This document shows, piece by piece, positions 29,101 through 40,483 of a DNA stretch of 64,000 nucleotides. A program made the position numbers and the translations under genes. The stretch comes from Octopus sinensis (Eukaryota). The notes below the pieces were generated by a model. The model made no database searches and was not told where the DNA came from. It worked only from the letters and a program-made list of their open reading frames with translations. Positions within the stretch are counted from its first letter, which is position 1. Each line of letters begins with the position of its first letter. Location of the stretch: the NCBI RefSeq assembly GCF_006345805.1, contig NC_043008.1:36890001-36954000 (forward strand), written 5' to 3'.

Positions 29101-30293
29101 ACCCACTAGAAATAACAGCCAAAGCTTCTAACCGCAAATAAAGATCAATTCCGTAAACAGGAGAAAATTAAAAAAACATTTACCCTGTAATTTCTTGTAC
29201 GGTATACCGTTTCATCCGTTGTTTAATGGTAAACCAACCTAATTAAATTAAATCAAGTCAATCTTCCATAAGCCCTCGGATTCATCAGCAAGAAATAGCT
29301 CTCGGGACAGATAATTACACGAGCATATCCAATCTTGCCAAGTCAATATCTGACCTAAAATTTTCAAATCGTCGCACTCGCGCCAAATTTATCGGCAGCA
29401 AATAAATATCAGCCGTCGATTCCATTACGGAATTAACCAAAAAATCATAATTAATCATATAGGGTGGCAAGGAAAATTTTGTAGAATTTTATTGCCACCA
29501 AGCGGCCCAGCGGGAAAAAAATTAAATAGTCATAGACCATTTTTAAGTTCAACATTAACAATTAAGGAACGGCATAATAGGCCATTCACCCACTAGAAAT
29601 AACAGCCAAAGCTTCTACCGCAAATAAAGATCAATTCCGTAAACAGGAGAAAATTAAAAAAACATTTACCCTGTAATTTCTTGTACGTTATACCGTTTCA
29701 TCCGTTGTTTAATGGTAAACCAACCTAATTAAATTAAATCAAGTCAATCTTCCATAAGCCCTCGATTCATCAGCAAGAAATAGCTCTCGGGACAGATAAT
29801 ACACGAGGCATATCCAATCTTGCCAAGTCAATATCTGACCTAAAATTTTCAAATCGTCGCACTCGCGCCAAATTTATCGGCAGCAATAAATATCAGCCGT
29901 CGATTCCATTACGAATTAACCAAAAAATTCATAATTAATCAATATAGGGTGGCAAGGAAAATTTTGTAGAATTTTATTGCCACCAGCGGCCCAGCGGGAA
30001 AAAATTAAATAGTCATAGACCATTTTTAAGTTCAACATTAACATAAGGAACGGCCATAATAGGCCATTCACCCACTAGAAATAACAGCAAAGCTTCTACC
30101 GCAAATAAAGATCAATTCCGTAAACAGGAGAAAATTAAAAAAACATTTACCCTGTAATTTCTTGTACGGTATACCGTTTCTTTCATCCGTTGTTTAATGG
30201 TAACCAACCTAATTAAATTAAATCAAGTCAATCTTCCATAAGCCCTCGGATTCATCAGCAAGAAATAGCTCTCGGGACAGATAATTACACGAG
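23187..30293 (-). repeat. Tandem array of ~488-bp hammerhead-containing units, forward block (14 full + 1 partial)
   Basis: The unit start ATTAACAATTAAGGAACGGCC recurs at about 23187, 23673, 24164, 24651, 25140, 25619, 26104, 26588, 27084, 27572, 28064, 28559, 29066, 29554 and 30037 (period 479-507). Units differ mostly by small indels. Strand is given as the ribozyme-sense strand. Confidence 0.97.
23310..23416 (-). ncRNA. Type I hammerhead ribozyme (first of 15 minus-strand copies)
   Basis: The plus strand reads ATTTCTTGTACGGTATACCGTTTCATCCG...CGGATTCATCAGCAAGAAAT, the reverse complement of the motif. Predicted cleavage is between 23317 and 23318. One copy per unit follows, up to 30157-30266. 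Copies in units 6, 11, 12 and 14 show disrupting changes. Confidence 0.88.
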
Positions 30294-30614
30294 AAGCTTT
30301 GGCTGTTATTTCTAGTGGGTGAATGGCCTATTATGGCCGTTCCTTAATTGTTAATGTTGAACTTAAAAATGGTCTATGACTATTTAATTTTTTTCCCGCT
30401 GGGCCGCTGGTGGCAATAAAATTCTACAAAATTTTCCTTGCCACCCTATATTGATTAATTATGAATTTTTTGGTTAATTCCGTAATGGAATCGATGGCTG
30501 ATATTTATTTGCTGCCGATAAATTTGGCGCGAGTGCGACGATTTGAAAATTTTAGGTCAGATATTGACTTGGCAAGATTGGATATGCCTCGTGTAATTAT
30601 CTGTCCCGAGAGCT

Positions 30615-30721
30615 ATTTCTTGCTGATGAATCCGAGGGCTTATGGAAGATTGACTTGATTTAATTTAATTAGGTTGGTTTACCATTAAACAACGGATGAA
30701 ACGGTATACCGTACAAGAAAT
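30615..30721 (+). ncRNA. Type I hammerhead ribozyme, predicted cleavage after GUA at 30713
   Basis: Stem I ATTTCTTG (30615-22) pairs with CAAGAAAT (30714-21). Core CTGATGA at 30623-29. Stem II ATCCG (30630-34) pairs with CGGAT (30693-97). GAAA follows, then stem III ACGG-TATA-CCGT and the GTA triplet. All conserved core positions match the hammerhead consensus. Confidence 0.9.
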
Positions 30722-31092
30722 TACAGGGTAAATTTTCTCCTGTTTACGGAATTGATCTTTATTTGCGGTAGAAGCTTTGGCTGTTATTTCTAGTGGGTGA
30801 ATGGCCTATTATGGCCGTTCCTTAATTGTTAATGTTGAACTTAAAAATGGTCTATGACTATTTAATTTTTTTCCCGCTGGGCCGCTGGTGGCAATAAAAT
30901 TCTACAAAATTTTCCTTGCCACCCTATATTGATTAATTATGAATTTTTTGGTTAATTCCGTAATGGAATCGACGGCTGATATTTATTTGCTGCCGATAAA
31001 TTTGGCGCGAGTGCGACGATTTGAAAATTTTAGGTCAGATATTGACTTGGCAAGATTGGATATGCCTCGTGTAATTATCTGTCCCGAGAGCT

Positions 31093-31198
31093 ATTTCTTG
31101 CTGATGAATCCGAGGGCTTATGGAAGATTGACTTGATTTAATTTAATTAGGTGGTTTACCATTAAACAACGGATGAAACGGTATACCGTACAAGAAAT
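31093..31198 (+). ncRNA. Type I hammerhead ribozyme, predicted cleavage after 31190
   Basis: Same fold as 30615-30721: ATTTCTTG-CTGATGA-ATCCG...CGGAT-GAAACGGTATACCGTA-CAAGAAAT. Confidence 0.9.
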
Positions 31199-31423
31199 TA
31201 CAGGGTAAATGTTTTTTTAATTTTCTCCTGTTTACGGAATTGATCTTTATTTGCGGTAGAAGTAGAAGCTTGGCTGTTATTTCTAGTGGGTGAATGGCCT
31301 ATTATGCCGTTCCTTATTGTTAATGTTGAACTTAAAAATGGTCTATGACTATTTAATTTTTTTCCCGCTGGGCCGCTGGTGGCAATAAAATTCTACAAAA
31401 TTTTCCTTGCCACCCTATATTGA

Positions 31424-31467
<44 letters not shown>

Positions 31468-31959
31468 GCATACACACACACACACATATATTACCCATAT
31501 ATATATAATTATATGCACACAGACACACATGTATATATACATGTTTACATATGCACACACTCACACACACACACACAAATGTATATTGGTATATATATAT
31601 ATATATGTATATAGATCCATATGTATGTGTATGTTGTATACATATTTTTTCTTTCTAATCTCATTGGTAAATTTATGGAGGTTTTTTTTCTGTCTAAAAT
31701 CTATTTTTTTGGTGTGTGGAGGAGGCTTGATTCACCTTCTCTCATCATCATCATCATCATTGTTGTTGTTATTGTTGTGGTTGTTAGCTTGGATTAGAAC
31801 TTTTATCATAACGATCATCATTGCGATCATTAACATAATTATCGTCGACATCGTTTTTGCATCATTTCATCATTTCCATGACCATCATGAAAATGACCAT
31901 CACCATCATTTTTAGCATTATCACCATCACAACCACCACCACCATGGTCTTCACAGCTG

Positions 31960-32031
<72 letters not shown>

Positions 32032-32306
32032 CTATGAAAGTCATTATCACCAGTGTTGCCCATTGTTATCTTTGCCATCATCATGACAATGCCGTCCCTG
32101 CCCTAATCACCTATTATCCTCCAAATCTACATTAACGTGTTCAAATGCAACAATTCCATTATATATATACATATATGCTACATCCATATATATATGTGTG
32201 TGCTAAACGCATACACACACACTCACAAACATGCACATATATATAAGAATATATATATATATATGTATATATATATACATATATATATATATACATATAT
32301 ATATAC

Positions 32307-32343
<37 letters not shown>

Positions 32344-32760
32344 CATACACACATATATATATATACATGCACACACATACACAATATACATATATATATT
32401 TAAAATAGTCCTTCATTTTGTAGATTGTTTTTCTATGATTTTTTCTTCTCCTATTGTCCTCTGCCCCTCATCTCCTATTCTATATCCCACTCACACTGCT
32501 TCTGCTGCTCATCTTCCGAAACCCTCCCCTTGTCCCTTTCTGCTGTGCTCCACCCTCTCCTCCTTGATAGTGGAATAAGCTATCTCTGAATATCTGAAAT
32601 CAATTTTAATATAAAATAAGACACCAGAGATGGTAACTGAGATTAGGAATAAAGGTAAAGATAGAAATCGAGAGACGTGGAAAGAGAAAAGGAAAAGAAA
32701 ATATTGATATATATATATATATATAAATATATATATATGTATATATATATGTATATATAA

Positions 32761-32791
<31 letters not shown>

Positions 32792-33316
32792 GAGAGAGAA
32801 ACAAACATAGTAAATATTGAAACAGAAAAATAGAGAAGACAGAAAGAAAGAATGAAAGGAGGAAAGAGGGATTGTATAACAGAAGCTTCCTACAGAGATT
32901 CTATGTATTTGGTAGTTCTGGAAAATTTCAGTGTCTTACTTGCACTTTAGGTGGTGAATTTGCAGATTCGTTAAACCATTGGTATTTGTTTTGGTTCACT
33001 CTCACTGTCATCTGAGTTCAAGTACCATTCAAGTCAGTTTTGATTCCGGGGTCAGTACAGAATATCTGTCTGTCTCTCTCTCTCTCTCTCTCTTTCTTTT
33101 ATTCTGTCTCTCCCAAAATTCATTATAGTGTTCTGTGAGAAGATCATAGGATGGGTATAGATAGAGATCGCTCTTAGTGCCTGTTTATACCCCTATAAAG
33201 GGAGGAGAATTGAGCTAGGGGATAGCAATTCCCTGCTCAGTGTGCTACAAAAAGTGTCAGAGAAACCATTGAACATGGTTAGCATTGATGGACTGATGTG
33301 CTGTATGACATGGAAA

Positions 33317-33354
<38 letters not shown>

Positions 33355-33382
33355 CAATATAGTCTAGGTAATAACCTTATGT

Positions 33383-33692
33383 GGAGGCACAATGGCCCAA
33401 TGGTTAGAGCAGCGGACTCATGGTCGGACGATCGTGGTTTCGATTCCCAGACTGGAGGTTGTGTGTGTTTATTGAGCGAAAACACCTAAAAGCTCCACAA
33501 GGCTCTGGCAGGGAGTGGTGGTGACCCCTGTTGTACTCTTTTGACACAACTTTCTCTCACTCTCTCTTCCTGTTTCTTGAGTAACGCTGCGATGGACTGG
33601 CATTCTGTCCAGCTGGGGGGAAACACATACGCCACAGAAACTGGAAAACCGAGCCCATGAACCTGGCTAGACTTGAAAAGGGCGAAGAAGAA
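33383..33692 (+). mobile_element. tRNA-derived SINE, same head, different tail
   Basis: GGAGGCACAATGGCCCAATGGTTAG...TTCGATTCCCAG. The tail contains GCTGCGATGGACTGGC.TTCTGTCCAG. Confidence 0.85.
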
Positions 33693-34422
33693 AAATAACC
33701 TTATAGTGTACTTTCCAAAGCTTGTTTCCAGGTATCAGCTACCAAATCTCATTATATAGTAGGATTTCCCTTGTTACTGAATATACTTGTGGAAATCTAT
33801 AAAGATCCAGAGATCATAAGCAAAGAATTTTAATAGAAGATGGGATGAACAGGCTTTTTACGAATCACTACAATTGTTTCAATATATTATTAACAGCTGT
33901 TGATTACTGAATGCTATATATATTATGCACAATATTGTATTAATATGATGCAACAATATTTGTACACATGCACATCCTCAGGTGATCAGAGTCAAAGCAC
34001 TACTCTATATGCATATGTGCACACACACACACACACTCACACACATAATCATCATCATTATCATCTATTTTCCATACTGGCATGGGTTGCTTGGTTTGAC
34101 AAGAGCTGTCCAGACTCCATTTGTCTGATTTTCACATGGTTTCTATGGCTGGATGCCCTTTCTAATGCCAACCACTTAACAGAATGTGTGTGTGTGGGGG
34201 GGTTACATGGCCATAAAGAACAATCCTCTATGTATGGATGACTATAATTTTACTTAGCTTGACGTGTCTTCTCGAGTACAGCAAATTTCCACAGGTCCTG
34301 CTAACTTATCTCCTTAGTGAGGCCCAGCATCTGAAAATCCTTTCCCACCACTTTGTCCCACATCTCCTTGAGTTTACCCCTTCCACTGGTTCCCTTCATA
34401 TATAATATGTACATATATATAT

Positions 34423-34633
34423 ATACTCTTTTACTTGTTTCAGTCATTTGACTGTGGCCATGCTGTAGCACTGCCTTTAGTCGAGCAAATCAACTCCAGG
34501 ACTTATTCTTTGTTAGCCTAGTGCTTATTCCATCACTCTCTTTTGCTAAACCACTAAGTTACAGGGAAGTAAGCACACCAGCATCAGTTGACAAGCGATG
34601 TCGGGGGGAACAAACACAGACACACAAACATAT

Positions 34634-34666
<33 letters not shown>

Positions 34667-34838
34667 CATATATACGACGGGCTTCTTTCAGTTTCTGTCT
34701 ACTAAATCCACTCACAAGACTTTGGTCAGCCTGAGGCTATAGTAGAAGACACTTGCCCAAGGTGCCATGCAGTGGGACTGAACCCGGAACCATATGGCTT
34801 GTAAGCAAGCTACTTACCACACAACCACTCCTATGCCT
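34423..34838 (-). mobile_element. Abundant ~410-bp SINE family, full copy
   Basis: Consensus-like GGAGTGGCTGTGTGGTAAGTAGCTTGCT...GGTTCAGTCCCACTG...GACTGAAACAAGTAAAAGAGTA with an internal (TA)/(TG) tract. More than 10 copies occur in the window. Confidence 0.9.
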
Positions 34839-34990
34839 ATTAAATGGAGCCGCTTGAAACAGTCGTACTGCATCACCTCTTGATATCCTGTTGCTTATTT
34901 TGATTTTATTCACCTCACTTCAAGTTGTGCGAATAATATCGGAGTGACTTGGTGCTTTAACTTAAGTACCCAATTCAACTGAATCTCAAT

Positions 34991-35049
<59 letters not shown>

Positions 35050-35054
<5 letters not shown>

Positions 35055-35656
35055 TAATCCAAACGGGAAAACAGAAAAAACAACAACACGTGGAACAATT
35101 ACAGTATTATTATTATTAGGCGCTCAGAAAATGGAAGAAGGAGGGTATGACGTTTCGAGCGGAGCTCTTCGTCGGAAACATAAGAGAAGGAAGAAAGAAG
35201 AAAGAAGAAAGATCCCGATGTGGGCGAAAGAGGGAAAAAAACGCGACTGGTGTTTACAGTTTGAAAACAATTGAAAAAAGTTAGGAAAGAGTTTTGAGAG
35301 TCAACGGACAGATTAAATAATGATTTTCAATCACGATAGTGGCAGTACTCCGGAAGAAAGGTAGCAGGTAATCCGTGGGTCCGGAAGAATGGTAACAGTA
35401 ATCCGTAGGTGCAAAAATCCGGGATTTGGTATCCAAGGTACAAGGGGTCCGTGTAAGCGCGCAGGGGTATAAGGTTAATCCAAACGGGAAAACAGAAAAA
35501 ACAACAACACGTGGAACAATTATAGTATTATTATTATTAGGCGCTCAGGAAAATGGAAGAAGGAGGGTATGACGTTTCGAGCGAGCTCTTCGTCGGAAAC
35601 ATAAGAGAAGGAAGAAAGAAGAAAGAAGAAAGAAAGATCCCGATGTGGGCGAAAGA

Positions 35657-35658
<2 letters not shown>
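35050..35658 (-). mobile_element. Penelope-like element terminus, partial tandem repeat, with degenerate minimal hammerhead core
   Basis: Direct repeats at 35050-35233 and 35471-35658 (offset 421). Each has minus-strand GTTT-CCGACGA-AGAGC(T/TC)CGCTC-GAAACGTC-ATAC, the GAAACGTC-type terminus typical of Penelope-like pseudo-LTRs. Flanked by (TA)n on both sides. Confidence 0.6.
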
Positions 35659-35709
<51 letters not shown>

Positions 35710-35807
35710 CACATATATATATACATCATCATCATCATCATCATCACTTATATATATATACATACATATATATATATGTCTATATATGTATATATATGTA
35801 TACACAC

Positions 35808-35838
<31 letters not shown>

Positions 35839-35878
35839 ATATATATATATAATATATATATTCATATATGTATATATT

Positions 35879-35910
<32 letters not shown>

Positions 35911-36765
35911 CATACATATACATATATATATACATATATATATATATATACATATACATATACATATAGATATATAAGAATAGAATTTTTTGCATAATAA
36001 GATTAAAAAACCAAGGCTGTGTAGATATTAGAGCATTTATAGATAGAAGGTCTTACCATTGTTTCTAGGATATTTATTGATAATATCCCTTCATCGGAGA
36101 TGGTGTGAGAGGATAGTTAAGTCATAGTTAGTTTAGATGTGATGCAAAATAGACAGTGAGGTGGAGGAAAGAAAATAGATGCAAGATATGTATGGGTATT
36201 GAAATTGTAAATCTATTTTTTAGTCATAATGGTATATATGCATTATTCCAATATCCTATGAGTAAAGTCCAAAAGTCCAACAGAGTTTAATATGAGTCCT
36301 TCCAAATATAGAGTTTATAAGCAATGTAAGATTTCCTTATGAGTGAGATCCAGCAGATTTTTAAACTTGGTCATTCCCAGTAGAGAATTTATATACAGTG
36401 TTGCAGAGTCAAAGATTTGTATTTAAAGTAAATACAAACACTTTAAATACAAACCATATCTTGCATCTATTTTCTTTCCTCCATGGATGCACCTTTGATG
36501 AAGCCCAGAGGCACACTCATGTACCTTAATTTTATCTACCAAATACTTCAGTTAACTGTAGGGATGGAAGTAAAGTGGGGTACTATGACCCCTTGGCTGA
36601 AACAGCTGTTAGAAACTATTCTACTTTCTATGTTCTACATTATATATTTTAGTAATTACTGGTATTTTTATATATGTAAAGCATAATCTGTTATACATGT
36701 ATGTATATTATTATAATTGTTTTTTAAAAAAATAAATAAATAGACCTAATCTCTCCCTCTCTATC

Positions 36766-37145
36766 CGCTTAGTCGAAGTCGACTCTCGGTTACTCGTTGG
36801 ATCAGTGTCCTCCAGTCAGTTCTATCCTGGGCCGCTTCTTTCAGATTGGCTATGTCCATTCCGGTATCACTCCTGATGGTGTCAAGCCAGCGGGTTCTTG
36901 GTCGGCCTCTTCCTCTCTTGCCACTGACCATTCCGAGCATGATGTCCTTCTCCAGGGATTTTCTTCACATAATATGACCGAAATATGCCAATCTACGCTT
37001 GGTTATCCCAGCTTCTAGTGACATTTTTGGCCTTATCAGCTTAAGAACTTCTCCATTGGTGAGCCTCGCTGTCCATGGAATCCGCAAAAGTCTTCTCCAA
37101 CACCAAAGCTCAAATGCATTAATTCTCTTCTGTCTAAAAGTTGAT
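36766..37145 (-). mobile_element. RTE/BovB-like LINE 3' end
   Basis: RINAFELWCWRRLLRIPWTARLTNGEVLKLI...ITKRRLAYFGHIM*RKSLEKDIMLGMVSGKRGRGRPRTRWLD...VTESRLRLSG*. Classic BovB-type C-terminus. Confidence 0.92.
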
Positions 37146-40100
37146 GAATACCACCTCTTGTTCCCCTCCATTTTCTTATTGCCATATATATATATATATA
37201 TACATAATAATAATAATAATAATAATAATAAAAGATGGGTTTCTTTCAGTTTCTGTCCATGAAATCTACTGTCAAACTTAGTAATGAAGAGGTGAGGTCA
37301 TTTTTTTACTAGAGGAGGATAAAGGGCAAGAATGATTAGGTATGATAGATCTACCCACCTCTGTTCTCTAGCTTTGCTTGTGTGGTGTTATGATTTGTCT
37401 TATGATTTGGCATAAAATATTTCAACTTTTGCCAAAGAACAGATTTACTCAGTGTGACACATGATAATAAAACTATTGATTTCTAGTTTGGCAGTTAACT
37501 ATATTCTTTTCATCAGAATTTTTATAATTGTTTTTAATTCATAATTTCTTTTTATGATTTATAAATTTTTTTTTTTCATAATTTAGAATTTTTATAACTT
37601 TTTTAAGAATGCATTTTTTTTCAGTTAATGTAGAAGAGGGTGATAGTTGGAGGAAGTTGTATGCACCAAATGTCAATTGCTAAAAAGCATTCGTGAAGTG
37701 AAATCATGTAGCAACACCAAATGGCAGTGCCCCAGCATGGGCACAGCTCGTGAGCTGAAACTAGATGAAATAAAAAAAAATGGAGTATGGGGTGCACATT
37801 TTACTGCCTGGAGTTGGTGGACATTGTAGAGCTGGGAAGTGGGGACAGAGATATATTGTAGGGCTGGAATAGGGTGCTGAATACTTTAGTGCCAGACTTC
37901 TCCATGAAGGTTTAAGAGAATGAGTGGGTGGTATCACTTGTTTAAATTTATATATCTGTGTGATTAGAAGTTACAACATGATATATTTACTGTACAAATT
38001 TAAACAAGAAAGAAAAAATACGAGGATTAAATATGAATTTTTACATTAAGTCTTGATAATGATTGAATATCAAATGAAATATGAATTCTTCTGGTAATTA
38101 TTATAAGATTTTAAATTGTATGGTTAAGAGTGAAATCCTTAAATTTTAAATATTTCATAGAAAATACTTAGAAATAAGTTATAGTTGTGTATTCAATAGA
38201 TGTCCTTAAAAGAAAAGCTACTTGCTATTTCCCCATAAAATATATAAACTTAGAATAGAAACAGATTGAAACTTCATCTTGTAGTAAATGAGGACATACA
38301 TTAAGATTTATATTATCTGATGAAGATAATGATTATTGTGTTGGCAATGATTCAAGTAAACAAATGTATTAAATAACGGATTATATCAACATATGCTTTC
38401 TGATGAACGTTTATTTACTCTGCAAATGAATAACATCAACAATTATTTTTTTTGTTTTAACTAATTTTCTTGATTTTTTTTGTGTCTTTATTTGTTTACT
38501 TGTTAACAACAAAGAGATTATGGTTTTTTTGTTTTGTTTTTAAATGATAAATCATTTTATGTCTTTTCATTTATTTATCTTCTTGAGTCAATCAGTTCAT
38601 ATTTTCAGAATAAAAGAATGAAATTTAATTTCTTTCAAGAGTCATGTTTCATAAATTTACAGCATTTTTCTGAAAAGAAAATTGAAACAATTTTTTATTT
38701 AATTATATTTTAATTTCAAGATATACATGTGTATGTATATATATTGATTTCATTTTTATTTAGTAAAATGGTAACACTATCTTAATGATTTTCAAGTGTA
38801 CATAGAGTGAACATTTAAGACAATGCATGAATTCTTTATTTGATTTTTATTTTCTTTGTTTACCCATTGTTAAGAAATTTTTGATGGCGCCACAAAGAGT
38901 GGCGGACTAATAATGAAAATGGCATTGGTTCATATCCACTCACTGACACAACAATATGTGACCTTCACCAAGACAAACAAAATATTCAATTACTTCACTT
39001 CATTTAGTTGTAAACAACTGTAAACATGCATATGAATACAGGCTATTCTTGTAGATAGAGATAGTTGAAATTGTCTGTAATTTCTAGCGAGGGTCAAATT
39101 GACCGTTATAATCTTTCACAGATTTCTGTCAGGTCTCAAATTTGGGCCACACAATGGCCCTAGCTGCCAGTGCTTTAGTCAAGTGTATCAACTCCCACCA
39201 CCCTCTGTTTACCTCAGTTGAGTATACAGTTTATCAACCTCTGTTTTTGTAATTAGTAAAGTATAGGATATAATGGAATACAACTAAATATGGTACACTT
39301 TATAGGGTACAAACATAGACAAAAATAATGCAGACATAAACACAAAATATATACACTTATGTCTGCTCTACTGGTCATTCGCTACAACATCTGTTTGCGT
39401 TCAGACTGTCTTTGCACTGGGGCCATCTGGACTCCCACCTTTGCTGTGAACAGAAATTAATCTTCTCTCTTTGCTTCTTTGTGCTACATGGACTCAACTC
39501 ACCTCCTCTCTTCATCTGACACCAATCTCACCTATTCTCTTCATTTGATACCAACCCCACACCACTCCACACACACTAGCACTGACCACTTCCCAGCATC
39601 CACACCACCCACTATCATCCACACACCCACATACAACCTTCAATAGTGTCACCACACATACCACACACCATCATACACACTCCCACACCCACACAAGCAC
39701 ATAATACCTGAACACAGACAATATATACATACACATGTAACATGCTTTAACACACGCGACATACATAGACAAAGATAACTTTCACCCACATATATATACA
39801 CCATACACATGCACACTCTGGTCACAGACCCACAAACACACACGGTTGTGCACACACTGCATGAAATAGGCACACATCAGCTGCTACACATAATGGACAC
39901 TCACACGCATCAGAATCACTCACTCCTATTCACACACACACTTACACAGTCACACACACCATTTCTCACATATAATATGCATAGTCAAACCTTCTCTTGT
40001 TGGGATCATTAGCACTTTATTATCTCCCTTTCTTACAATCGCTTTCCTTCCAGTCAATCACTATGCTGGATCACTGAAATCTACAAGATTTTTCATTCTC

Positions 40101-40307
40101 TCCCTGTTTATTTCTTCTTATTCCTTTCTGCTGAAGAGCATAAGCTTGAAACATAAATGACTTTTTCATATTCCCCGAGCGTCAAACTAATACAGTTGCT
40201 TGTTATTCATACACCTGTTTTCATCTTTTGTTTTCTATAAATTTCAACTATATAGAAGTATACATATATGTGTCTGTTTTTTTTTTGGCTTACACACACA
40301 CACACAC

Positions 40308-40475
40308 AAACACATATACATATACATATATATTGTAAGTGTGCACATTGAACATGCATGTGTACATGCACACACACACACACACACACACACAAGCACA
40401 TATACATATATATTGTAAGTATGCACATTGAATATGCATGTGTACATGCACACACACACACATACACACACACTC
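40308..40475. repeat. Two-copy ~80-bp tandem duplication
   Basis: CATATACATATATATTGTAAGT.TGCACATTGAA.ATGCATGTGTACATGCACACAC occurs twice. Confidence 0.8.
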
Positions 40476-40483
40476 AATCAAGC

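Larger units (their letters stand above)
30292..31431 (+). repeat. Inverted block (~2.3 units) of the same ~488-bp repeat
   Basis: From 30292 the sequence is the reverse complement of the unit (AGAAGCTTTGGCTGTTATTTCTAGTGGGTG...). It runs into (TA)n at ~31431. Confidence 0.96.

Noticed and set aside
30292-30300. Inversion junction as a HindIII (AAGCTT) cloning or Hi-C ligation artefact
   Set aside because: The breakpoint lies just upstream of the AAGCTT (shared AG at 30292-93), and the forward side has no HindIII site there. No SMRTbell adapter sequence is visible either.
23187-31431. CRISPR array or prokaryotic repeat interpretation
   Set aside because: Units are ~488 bp and near-identical throughout, with no unique spacers and no cas genes. 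The context is eukaryotic.
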